DNA of 32,000 bases from Candidatus Saccharimonadota bacterium (GTDB lineage Bacteria; Patescibacteriota; Gracilibacteria; UBA1369; 2-02-FULL-48-14), in NCBI GenBank assembly GCA_041661045.1, contig JBAZVE010000001.1:900001-932000 (forward strand). Reading direction: 5' to 3'. The notes beneath the pieces were generated by a model that did not search any database, was not told where the DNA came from, and saw nothing but the letters and a program-made list of their open reading frames with translations. This document shows positions 8,303 through 16,624 of this stretch, one piece after another. Every line of letters begins with the position of its first letter. Positions within the stretch are counted from its first letter, which is position 1. The position numbers and the translations under genes were made by a program.

Positions 8303-9892
8303 ATGAATTCCATGCTTTCTAACCTTAAAAACAACTGGAAATCGGGACTAACGGTTTCTTTGGTGTCTATTCCGCTTTCCATTTCCCTCGCGGTGGCCTC
8401 CGGAGTTGGGCCGATGGCGGGAATTATCACCGCCATTTGGGCGGGATTGATCGCCTCCTTTTTTGCCGGAAGCCATTACAATATTGTGGGACCCACCGGT
8501 GCTCTTTCCGGACTTATTGCGGCCTTTGTTTTGAGTCATGGAGTGGATCAAGTGAGTTCTTTGGCTCTTGTGAGCGGGGTCTTGATTTTGGGTGCCTATT
8601 TTTTGAAATTGGAACGGTATCTCATCTTCGTTCCCTCCAGTGTAATTCATGGATTTACTCTGGGGGTGGCCTTTATTATTGCCGGAAATCAAGTCAACTT
8701 TGCTTTGGGACTTAAAGATCTTCCTGCTCATGACCGTTTCTTTGAAAACCTTGTGGAGTCGTTTGCTCATCTTTCTCAAACTTCCATATTATCCTTTCTT
8801 GTTTTCTTGGCCTTCCTGCTCACACTTTTTCTTCTTAGGAGATTCTTGCCGCGCATTCCTGGGGCTATTCTTCTTTCTCCGCTGGGTATTCTTTTGGGGT
8901 ATCTGGGGCAAACGGAAAAAATACCTTTTGCTTTGGATACTTTGGGGACGCACTTTGGCACTTTGTCTTTTTCACTTTTTCAAATTCCTCAAATTCACTT
9001 TTCCGCACCTTTACTCACGGCGTCTGTCACCATCGCCCTGATTGCTATTTTGGAGACCATGCTTTCCGCCAAAATTGCGGACGGAATGACTCGTACCAAA
9101 CATAAAGAGCGAAAGGAAATGTTGGCGCTCGGTTTGGCAAACTTGGCCTCCGGTGCGATGGGGGGCATCCCCGCTACTGCGGCTTTGGCACGGACTTCTT
9201 TGAACATCAAGACGGGGGCCGATCATAAGATCTCTGCCACCATCAGCAGCATCGCGGTTGGGCTCATCTCCTTCTTTTTGTTTGCCTATTTCTCTTATAT
9301 TCCTATGGCGGTGATTGCCTCTATTCTTGTGTACACGGCCATCAATATGGTGGAAATGGAACATTTTGGACGCTTCTTTAAGCATGAACGCAGTAGTTTT
9401 TTTGTTTCGCTTTTGGTGGCGGGCGTTACCGTTTATGAAGATCCCATTGTTGGTATTTTGCTCGGCACGGCGCTGGTTTTGATTTTGTTTGTGGAGAGGC
9501 TTTCCCGTGGAGCTTTTGAACTTGCTGAAGTCTCCGACGGAAAACTCAAGGAGATTAAAGAAGATTCCGAGATTTCACTGTATTCCTTTAAAGGGAAGCT
9601 CTGTTATCTCAATGGGCGGGCGCATATTGCACGGTTTGAAACGGGGCTTTCATCCAAAAAAAGCATCATATTAAGATTGAGAGAGGTTTATTTTATGGAT
9701 TTAGATGGAGTGGAAGCCTTGGATGAAATCATAGAGCTGCTGGAAAGCCGTGGGCAAAAAGTGCTTCTCACCAGTTTGCATCCCACGGTTGAACATTTGC
9801 TTGAAGAAGTTTCCAAAACTTATAGCCGTTTGAAAAAAGAGGGCTTGGTTTTTGATAAAACGGTATTCGCCTTGAAGCATCTTGGGGTATAA
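8303..9892 (+). CDS. SulP-family anion transporter with C-terminal STAS domain
   Basis: 529 aa. Multi-TM SulP core (GLTVSLVSIPLSISLAVASGV, NIVGPTGALSGL, LANLASGAMGGIPATAALARTSLN) and a STAS-like tail (ILRLREVYFMDLDGVEALDEIIELL). Confidence 0.9.
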   Translation: MNSMLSNLKNNWKSGLTVSLVSIPLSISLAVASGVGPMAGIITAIWAGLIASFFAGSHYNIVGPTGALSGLIAAFVLSHGVDQVSSLALVSGVLILGAYFLKLERYLIFVPSSVIHGFTLGVAFIIAGNQVNFALGLKDLPAHDRFFENLVESFAHLSQTSILSFLVFLAFLLTLFLLRRFLPRIPGAILLSPLGILLGYLGQTEKIPFALDTLGTHFGTLSFSLFQIPQIHFSAPLLTASVTIALIAILETMLSAKIADGMTRTKHKERKEMLALGLANLASGAMGGIPATAALARTSLNIKTGADHKISATISSIAVGLISFFLFAYFSYIPMAVIASILVYTAINMVEMEHFGRFFKHERSSFFVSLLVAGVTVYEDPIVGILLGTALVLILFVERLSRGAFELAEVSDGKLKEIKEDSEISLYSFKGKLCYLNGRAHIARFETGLSSKKSIILRLREVYFMDLDGVEALDEIIELLESRGQKVLLTSLHPTVEHLLEEVSKTYSRLKKEGLVFDKTVFALKHLGV

Positions 9893-9899
9893 TTTGCTT

Positions 9900-10772
9900 A
9901 TGAAAAAAATAATTTTCCTATTTGTTCTTCTGGTGGCCTGTTCTTCCCCTGTTCAAGATGGGCAGGAGGACGCGGACAGCCTTAAAGTGAGCGCCAGTTT
10001 TTATCCGCTTGCTTATTTTACCCAAGCACTTGTGGGTGAGGGGGTGACCGTGAATACGGTGGTGCCGGTGGGGGTGGAACCGCATGATTACGAGCCCACT
10101 CCGCAAACTCTGCGGATCCTTTATGACGCGGATTTATTGGTGTATCAGGGCAGTGGGTTTGAGCCGTGGATGGAGGGATTGGAATCGGATCTTAACGAGA
10201 ATGGAGTTGTTCTTTTTTCGGCCACGGCTGGAATTGCGGACGCGAACTTGGATCCTCATACTTGGTTGGATCCCATCCTCATGAGCGCAATGGTCTCGAA
10301 TTTGGCCATGCAATTGGTGGAGGTTTCTCCGGAGCATGAAGAGCAGATTTTGAGCAATGCCACCATTCTTGAGACCAAGCTGCTTGCACTTCATGACGCG
10401 TTTACGAGCGGACTTTCTTCTTGTAAAAAGAACACCATTTTGGTCTCCCACAATGCTTTTGCCCGTTTGGGAGAGCGCTATCATTTTATCGTGGAATCCA
10501 TTTCCGGCTTGTCTCCTCATGACGAACCCTCTTTGAATGAAATGGCAGCTTTACGCGATTTGATTTTGGAGAAAGACCTCGGATTCGTTTTTCTAGAAAC
10601 CTTGGCTTCTCCTGAAACAGCAGAAGCCCTTGCGGAAGAGGCTGGAGTGGCCACACTTGTGCTCAACCCCTTGGAAGGCCTCACTTCGGAAGAAGTGGCG
10701 CAAGGGGAGGATTATTTCAGTGTTATGGAGCAAAACCTCCAGAATCTTCGTTTGGCGTTGGAGTGTGATTAG
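9900..10772 (+). CDS. ZnuA/TroA-family metal (Zn/Mn) ABC substrate-binding lipoprotein
   Basis: Lipobox LLVAC/SS. Family motifs SFYPLAYF, GVEPHDYEPTP, LDPHTWLDP, LVSHNAFARL, FLETLASP. The ORF-track start 9882 is TTG; ATG 9900 (MKKIIFLF) is preferred. Confidence 0.85.
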   Translation: MKKIIFLFVLLVACSSPVQDGQEDADSLKVSASFYPLAYFTQALVGEGVTVNTVVPVGVEPHDYEPTPQTLRILYDADLLVYQGSGFEPWMEGLESDLNENGVVLFSATAGIADANLDPHTWLDPILMSAMVSNLAMQLVEVSPEHEEQILSNATILETKLLALHDAFTSGLSSCKKNTILVSHNAFARLGERYHFIVESISGLSPHDEPSLNEMAALRDLILEKDLGFVFLETLASPETAEALAEEAGVATLVLNPLEGLTSEEVAQGEDYFSVMEQNLQNLRLALECD

Positions 10773-10789
10773 TAAATAAAATTGAGAAT

Positions 10790-12229
10790 ATGATGAAAGT
10801 TCTTGCAGCTGTGCTTCTTCTTGTTCAGGCGACCGGGTTTAGTGATGTTCCTCAGTCGCACCCCAACCATGAGGCCATTGAGTTTCTGGCGGAGCTTGGG
10901 GTTTTGGAGGGCTACAGTGATTTGAGTTTTAGGCCGGAGGCCTCCATCAATCGAGCAGAACTGCTCAAGGTCTTGGTTTTGAGTTTTGAAGGTGAGCTTG
11001 AGGATGAGGCTCAGAATTGTTATCCGGATGTTCGGAGTGATTGGTACGCACCCTTTGTTTGTTTTGCAACTGAGGAAGGCTGGGTGGAGGGGTATCCGGA
11101 TGGCTTGTTTAGACCGGAGACACCCGTGAACAAAGCGGAGGCCGCCAAAATTTTGATTCATGCGGCGGGCTTGGAGGACGACTTGTCCGAGGAGGACGGT
11201 GAGGAGTGGTATGTGCCGTATCTTTCCTTGGCTTTGGAGTTGGATCTTTTGGAGGAGACGAGTGAAAACTTCAATCCGGCGGAAGAGCGAACGCGTGGAG
11301 AAGTTGCCGAAAATGTTTATAGGGCTTTGTTGCCTGAGGAGCTGCCACAGGAGACGGTGGAGGAGACGGTGGAAGAGACGGTGGAGGAGACTCCCGGTGC
11401 TTCCATCCCATTCGGATTTTGGGGTCTCAATGGGTATCATTCACCGGAAGGTTTGGAGGATATTCAAACTCGTTTTAAGACTACGCTGCTTCAAGTGTCT
11501 TCCTCCAATCCTACCTGGACCACGCAAAGCTTTCTTCCCATGATTGAAGACGGGGGGATGACGGTCACGCTGCGCATGACGGGCGACCATAGCGCGTACA
11601 CTACAAATGGAGATTTTGATTTGGAAAAATGGAAGACCGAGCTCAGCGCGTGGGAGGATTCCGGTGTGCAAAGCTACATCGACAGTGGTGTTTTGGTGGG
11701 TCATATGCTCCTGGATGACATCGCCAATTTTGAAGGGCGTGATCCGGATGCGGCGGATTTGGATGAAATGGCGCAGTACAGTGAGGCTCTGCTGCCCGGG
11801 TTGATGACCTTTGTGCGCGTACGGGCCACGGAAATTCCGGTTCCTGCGGAAGGGGATTATGATTATTTGGATGCGATTGTGAATCAATACAAAAGCAGTA
11901 ATGGTCCTGTGGAGGACTATGCGGAGGAAGAGGCTGCGATGGCGGAGTCCTTGGGCCTGGGCATCATCAATGGACTCAATATTGCGGATGGCGGGGATGG
12001 ATCCAGCGGGCAGGCGGGTTGGAAAGAGGGGCGTTATGCCATGTCTGCCGAGGAAATTCTTGAATATGGTCAGGTGCTTTTGGAGGTCCCCGATGTACTC
12101 ATGTTTTTAATGTGGGAGTACGATGCCGAAGAACTCTGGAGTGACGGTTCTATTGGGAGCGAGTACTTTGATCAACCGGAGTTGGAAGCCGCCATTCGAG
12201 CACTTGGAGAGATGGCGCAAGCGCTTTAG
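10790..12229 (+). CDS. SLH-domain cell-surface protein with uncharacterised C-terminal (possibly glycan-active) domain
   Basis: Signal peptide. Three SLH-like repeats (FSDVPQSHPNHEAIEFLAELGVLEGY...FRPEASINRAELLKVLV; YPDVRSDWYAPFVCFATEEGWVEGYPDGLFRPETPVNKAEAAKIL; WYVPYLSLALELDLL...ERTRGEVAENVYRAL). An (ETVE)n linker. A ~280-aa acidic C-terminal domain that I cannot assign. Confidence 0.8.
   Translation: MMKVLAAVLLLVQATGFSDVPQSHPNHEAIEFLAELGVLEGYSDLSFRPEASINRAELLKVLVLSFEGELEDEAQNCYPDVRSDWYAPFVCFATEEGWVEGYPDGLFRPETPVNKAEAAKILIHAAGLEDDLSEEDGEEWYVPYLSLALELDLLEETSENFNPAEERTRGEVAENVYRALLPEELPQETVEETVEETVEETPGASIPFGFWGLNGYHSPEGLEDIQTRFKTTLLQVSSSNPTWTTQSFLPMIEDGGMTVTLRMTGDHSAYTTNGDFDLEKWKTELSAWEDSGVQSYIDSGVLVGHMLLDDIANFEGRDPDAADLDEMAQYSEALLPGLMTFVRVRATEIPVPAEGDYDYLDAIVNQYKSSNGPVEDYAEEEAAMAESLGLGIINGLNIADGGDGSSGQAGWKEGRYAMSAEEILEYGQVLLEVPDVLMFLMWEYDAEELWSDGSIGSEYFDQPELEAAIRALGEMAQAL
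11351..11392 (+). repeat. in-frame 12-bp tandem repeat, 3.5 copies (GAGACGGTGGAR)
   Basis: gagacggtggag / gagacggtggaa / gagacggtggag / gagact read directly; encodes ETVEETVEETVEET in the SLH protein linker. Confidence 0.9.
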
Positions 12230-12257
12230 TCCTGGAATCGCCTTAGTCCTGGAATCG
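12224..12257. repeat. 17-bp tandem duplication at a convergent gene junction
   Basis: ctttagtcctggaatcg (12224-12240) is followed directly by ccttagtcctggaatcg (12241-12257), 16/17 identical. Copy 1 holds the TAG stop of the + gene; copy 2 holds the last 4 codons and TAA stop of the - gene. Confidence 0.9.
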
Positions 12258-13976
12258 TGCGGGTTTGAGGGACCAAGCGCTGTCCAAACAATCGGTGCAG
12301 CCCATTTCTTCTAGGAGACCGTAGGTTTCTGGAGCGTTGTTTGTGGCAGGCACTTCAATGGACTCGGCATAAGGATTCACAAAGAGCATTGCCAAGGCAT
12401 AGAGCATTTGTGCCGGACTCAACTTTTCTTTACCCACGGTGAAAGATTCGGACATTTGTTTGTTCTCAAAATCCCATTCTTCCATCCATTCTTCCAAATC
12501 GGCACTGTCCACGGTTACGGCTGCACTTTGAGCCGTAAGGAGACTCCAAGGGCCATAGTACTTGGAAACCAGGGTTTCTTCTTGATCTCCCCCTTGCAGC
12601 TCATTCAAGAGCAAGGCAAAGGAATCGGTGAGGGAGTAGAAATCTTCTCCGTCGTAGGCGTAAGGAGGAGGTTCTTGGCCCCACTCGTTCAAAATCCATA
12701 AGGCAATGTTCTTCATCTCTTCTTCATCCACTTCCCAGTAGTCGGCCGAGGTGAATAAATCCACCACTTCATCCGGGCTCACCCACTGACTCCCCGGGTT
12801 TTCAGGCATAAATTCTTCAGTCATGGTGGTGAGGGCTTCTTCGGTGCTTCTATAATTTTGCTCTATGGTCGTGGCACTGTTGAGCCATTGGCTGGGAAGC
12901 TCCGGGTTTTGTTGATTTTTATAGGCCCAAATGGTGGGACTGGTGCCTTGTTTGGTGTAAATGTATTTGGAGGCGATTCCCGCATTGATGACATGAGGTT
13001 TGGAACGGTCCAAGCCTTGGATGGCTTGCACGGCGGAACTAGCTCCTTCCATCAAATTCAGAGAGTCCATCCCGTCGGCCACGGCTCCATCGTTGATTCG
13101 AATCGAGTTGTCCATCCAAAAAGTTCCACTGCTGGTTTCGTTGGTGGGGGAGAGTAAGCTCATGAGTTCATCCCTCAGGGTGGCAAAATTATTTTCCGCT
13201 CCTTTCTTGCCCAGCGTTCCTCCGTGATCGGGTGCGCCAAAGGCCAGTAAACGATCCGGGATTTCCGCCAGCACCGCCTGGCTTCCGGCTGAGCGTTCAA
13301 TCTGCATGCCTTCTCCAATGCCAAGTCCCGTCACGATTTCCACTTCACCAAAATTATTCAGAATAGCTTGAAGTCCTCCTCCGCTTGGACTGGTGCAACC
13401 TCCTTTTAGCGGATCTTTGGTACAAGTGATCCACTCATGTAGGGCATCGTAAACTTCATCCCAAGAAGGGTCGGCAGAGAGATTTTTTTGTGGACGGTTC
13501 AAGTAAGTGGGGTCGTGGTGGGCGTGGTATCCAAAGTTCACCAAGCCTTGCTCGTTTAGGTCGAGGAGGTAATCCATAACTCCGGTTTGCGCGTTTCGGC
13601 TGGCCACAGTGGCGGCATCCGCCCCCTGGAATTCAATGGTCCAGTTGATCGGAGTTTCCGGATTTTCTCTTGCCAGGCTTTCAATCATTTCTCCAACACG
13701 GAAATAGCGATCTTCGGAGTATGCATGATTGATGTGGTCTTCGGTGTGTGTAAAAAGGAAGAAGTAAATGGGGGCTTTCGTCATGCTTGGAGCATTTTGT
13801 AGGCTTGGGCCCTCGGGCAGTACAAAATTTTCGGCGGCTTCTCTCAGCTCGCTGTCGTCCGGCGTTGTCTCTTTCTCGGTTGTTGCGTCTTTTGAAGCAC
13901 AGGCGGAAAGGAGAGTGAAGCTTAAAATAAGGAGAATCAGGCCGGGTTTTATCCAAGAGAAGGGTATAGTTTTCAT
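12243..13976 (-). CDS. large secreted lipoprotein, possibly a carbohydrate-active metal-dependent beta/alpha-barrel (deacetylase/GH-like) enzyme
   Basis: Lipobox LLSAC/AS. Conserved-looking His/Asp clusters (FFLFTHTEDHINHAY, NFGYHAHHDPTY, FGAPDHGGT). The CDS call is confident; the function is only a guess from these motifs. Confidence 0.7.
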   Translation of the reverse strand: MKTIPFSWIKPGLILLILSFTLLSACASKDATTEKETTPDDSELREAAENFVLPEGPSLQNAPSMTKAPIYFFLFTHTEDHINHAYSEDRYFRVGEMIESLARENPETPINWTIEFQGADAATVASRNAQTGVMDYLLDLNEQGLVNFGYHAHHDPTYLNRPQKNLSADPSWDEVYDALHEWITCTKDPLKGGCTSPSGGGLQAILNNFGEVEIVTGLGIGEGMQIERSAGSQAVLAEIPDRLLAFGAPDHGGTLGKKGAENNFATLRDELMSLLSPTNETSSGTFWMDNSIRINDGAVADGMDSLNLMEGASSAVQAIQGLDRSKPHVINAGIASKYIYTKQGTSPTIWAYKNQQNPELPSQWLNSATTIEQNYRSTEEALTTMTEEFMPENPGSQWVSPDEVVDLFTSADYWEVDEEEMKNIALWILNEWGQEPPPYAYDGEDFYSLTDSFALLLNELQGGDQEETLVSKYYGPWSLLTAQSAAVTVDSADLEEWMEEWDFENKQMSESFTVGKEKLSPAQMLYALAMLFVNPYAESIEVPATNNAPETYGLLEEMGCTDCLDSAWSLKPARFQD

Positions 13977-14104
13977 ATGAGCTTTTTAGGTGGGATCATA
14001 ATGCGTTTTTTTCGCCTAAAAAGCCAGACCAATTGTCTGCTGGAAGGGGGCTTTCCAAAAACTTAAAAAAGGCGTATAGTAGGGCCGTTTCTAACCCCAT
14101 CCTT

Positions 14105-14524
14105 ATGCTTAAAGCTGAAAATGGTCACTTCTTCCATTTGGAGCTGAGGCCTCGGGAGGATTTTGTGCTTTTTTCGGTGCGTGACATTGGACGGGAAGGG
14201 CACAGTTTTTTGGTTTTGGGCCAATTCCCCGATGGGACTTGGGCCACGCACAAGTGGCTTATTAGCAAACGAGATGCTTATATTTCCGATAAAGGGGAGC
14301 TTAAAAGTGAAGATTATCTCGTACAAGAGATTCTTGATTATGTGGATGGAGATTTGGTGCACAAGACGGCGGATTCGTTTGTGGTGCGGACTCATCGTGG
14401 ACTTCGGAGCAATGCGGCTCCCGCTCCCGTGTGCGAAGAGTGCCCTGAAATGTATTTTGATACTTACGAAGATTATGAAAAATACTTTCAAGGTCTGGGA
14501 GATCAAGCGGTTCACCCTTTGTAG
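14105..14524 (+). CDS. hypothetical protein (139 aa)
   Basis: Protein-like composition on the + strand (MLKAENGHFFHLELRPREDF...CEECPEMYFDTYEDYEKYF). The opposite-strand ORF looks spurious. The ORF-track start 14033 is TTG, so ATG 14105 is preferred. TATAGT at 14075-14080. Confidence 0.5.
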   Translation: MLKAENGHFFHLELRPREDFVLFSVRDIGREGHSFLVLGQFPDGTWATHKWLISKRDAYISDKGELKSEDYLVQEILDYVDGDLVHKTADSFVVRTHRGLRSNAAPAPVCEECPEMYFDTYEDYEKYFQGLGDQAVHPL

Positions 14525-14582
14525 GATGGGTTTTTCAGATTGGACTTTTCATGGATGCATTCTGGCACTATAGTGCCGATGT

Positions 14583-15425
14583 ATGAAAATGCTTATTTTT
14601 GGAAAGGGGTACATTGCCAACAAATTTAAAGATCACTTTGGAGAAGAAGCGGAGATCTCGAATTTGAGGGTGGAGGACATGTCTTCACTCAGGGCCGAGC
14701 TCGAGAGAGCGAGGCCACAAGTGGTGGTGAATTGTGCGGGGAAGACGGGTAAACCCAATGTGGATTGGTGTGAGGATCATAAAATGGAGACGCTGTTTTC
14801 CAATGTTGTGGTTCCGGTTCTGTTGGCCCGTGCTTGTGAGGAATTGGGGCTGTACATGGTTCATATTGGGAGTGGGTGCGTGTATGAAGGCTATAAGGGA
14901 GGGCAGGGCTATTCCGAAGAAGATGACCCGAATTTTGATGGAAGTTACTATTCCCGTACCAAAGCGTGGAGTGAACAGATGCTCAAGGATTTTCCGGTTT
15001 TGCAACTCCGACTTCGCATGCCCTTTGACAGCATTCCCGGTGAGCGAAATTTCGTCACCAAAATCACACGATACCCAAAAGTGATTTCCGTGCCCAACTC
15101 CATTAGTGTCCTTGAGGATTTTATGAAGGCGGCAGATGCTTTGATTCACCAAAAGGCAACCGGAGTTTACAATGTGACGAATCCGGGAACCATCGACCAC
15201 AAAACTATTTTGGATATGTATATTGAGTTGGTGGATCCGAATTATCGTTATGAATTATTTTCTCTTGAGGAAATGGAGAAAATCACCAAAGCGCGGAGAT
15301 CCAACTGTGGCTTATCGGCACAAAAGTTGGAGGATGCCGGGATTCATTTGAGGCCGGTGGAACAGGCGGTTCGAGAGTCTTTGGTGGAGTACAAAAAAAA
15401 CTTGGAGAAGGGGGGCGCATCATGA
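14583..15425 (+). CDS. RmlD-like NAD(P)-dependent 4-keto-6-deoxyhexose reductase of the NRS/ER (3,5-epimerase/4-reductase) type
   Basis: Long colinear resemblance (from memory) to the plant/viral NRS/ER C-terminal domain: GKTGKPNVDWCEDHKMETLFSNV, HIGSGCVYEG, EEDDPNFDGSYYSRTKAWSEQML, LRLRMPF...ERNFVTKITRYPKVISVPNSISVLED, YNVTNPGTIDHKTILDMY, ARRSNCGLSAQKLE. Confidence 0.8.
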   Translation: MKMLIFGKGYIANKFKDHFGEEAEISNLRVEDMSSLRAELERARPQVVVNCAGKTGKPNVDWCEDHKMETLFSNVVVPVLLARACEELGLYMVHIGSGCVYEGYKGGQGYSEEDDPNFDGSYYSRTKAWSEQMLKDFPVLQLRLRMPFDSIPGERNFVTKITRYPKVISVPNSISVLEDFMKAADALIHQKATGVYNVTNPGTIDHKTILDMYIELVDPNYRYELFSLEEMEKITKARRSNCGLSAQKLEDAGIHLRPVEQAVRESLVEYKKNLEKGGAS

Positions 15426-15429
15426 TAAA

Positions 15430-16611
15430 GTGAGTTTATTGAATTCACTGAATTCTTCCATGCCAAAAGCCAAGCCCACTCGCGTTAAAGCTGTTCTTCC
15501 GCACGAAGCCATCAAGACTTTGGTTTTGCATGATTTTGCACGGTACTTTTTTATTTTGGCCATTGTAGCGGTGCTTGCGCTCTTTTTCTGGATCATTTCT
15601 CCATTTTTCAATGTCCTCATTTACGCCAGCTTGATTGCTGTGATTTTTTACCCGATGTACAAATGGTTTTTAAAGAAATTTAAAAAGCACGCCGGACTCT
15701 CTGCTTTTGTGACCACCGTTTTGGTGGTGTTCATTGTTTTGACTCCACTTTCTTTATTTGGATTTTTTCTAGTTCAACAAGCGGTGGATGCGTACAATCT
15801 TTTGGACACCAAGCTGATGCAAATGGATTTTTCTGCGGTTCAATGGACCGGTGCCTTTTCCGATGTCCCCTTGCTTGGAGATTTATGGCAAAAACTTTCG
15901 GTGCGTTATGGTTTTGGAGATCTTTTTGAAGGTCAATTGGATGTGCTTGGAGTTATTCAGGACTTTGGTTCCAATGTCACCAACTTCATTGTTGCCCAAG
16001 GCGCAACCATTGCTAAAAGTGTAGCGAACTTGATTGTGTCTTTCTTCATTCTTTTGCTCACGACTTTTTTCTTGTTTCGGGATGGAGAGGTGATTGCGCA
16101 TTTTTTAAAGAACATGAGTCCGCTTCCCACGAAGTATGAAAATGAAATTGAGAACAAGCTCAAGGACACCACCTACGCTATTGTGATGGGGAATTTTGCG
16201 ACGGCCTTTATGCAGGGAGCAGTGGCGGCCATTGGTTTTGCCATTGCCGGGATTGATAATGTTATTTTTTGGGGATCGGTGATGGCGTTTACCTCTTTGA
16301 TCCCTTATATAGGGGCTTCCATTGTCTGGTTCCCCTTGGGAATCGGTTTACTTTTGCAGGGGGAGATGGTTTGGGGAATCTTTATTCTGGCGTGGGGAGT
16401 GGGATTGGTTTCCTTGGTGGATAATATTGTGCGCCCCATTTTCATCGGAAATCGCACCAAAATGCATCCTTTACCCACCTTCTTGGCGGTTTTGGGAGGC
16501 ATCTTTGTGTTCGGGCTTAAGGGGATCATTTTTGGGCCGCTCATCCTCAGTCTTACGGTCACCATTATTCACATCTATCAGCTCGAATATCGAGATGTTT
16601 TGAGGGCTTGA
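15430..16611 (+). CDS. AI-2E family transporter (PerM/UPF0118)
   Basis: About 8 TM segments with the characteristic C-terminal block (LIPYIGASIVWFPLGIGLLLQG...LVDNIVRPIFIGNRTKMHPLPTFLAVLGGIFVFGLKGIIFGPL). GTG start 15430; ATG alternative at 15460. Confidence 0.85.
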   Translation: MSLLNSLNSSMPKAKPTRVKAVLPHEAIKTLVLHDFARYFFILAIVAVLALFFWIISPFFNVLIYASLIAVIFYPMYKWFLKKFKKHAGLSAFVTTVLVVFIVLTPLSLFGFFLVQQAVDAYNLLDTKLMQMDFSAVQWTGAFSDVPLLGDLWQKLSVRYGFGDLFEGQLDVLGVIQDFGSNVTNFIVAQGATIAKSVANLIVSFFILLLTTFFLFRDGEVIAHFLKNMSPLPTKYENEIENKLKDTTYAIVMGNFATAFMQGAVAAIGFAIAGIDNVIFWGSVMAFTSLIPYIGASIVWFPLGIGLLLQGEMVWGIFILAWGVGLVSLVDNIVRPIFIGNRTKMHPLPTFLAVLGGIFVFGLKGIIFGPLILSLTVTIIHIYQLEYRDVLRA

Positions 16612-16624
16612 TTCTTGCGGTAGC

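Noticed and set aside
10769-11440. 223-aa minus-strand ORF antisense to the SLH gene.
   Set aside because: Low-complexity L/R/H/Q-rich translation (LHRLFHRLLHRLLWQLL) mirrors the acidic E/T/V repeats of the plus-strand gene. The plus-strand product has clear SLH motifs.
14063-14515. 150-aa minus-strand ORF opposite the 14105-14524 ORF.
   Set aside because: The translation is I/F/K/R-rich and not protein-like. The plus-strand product has balanced composition, a plausible ATG and an upstream TATAGT box. Still, neither has homology support that I can cite.
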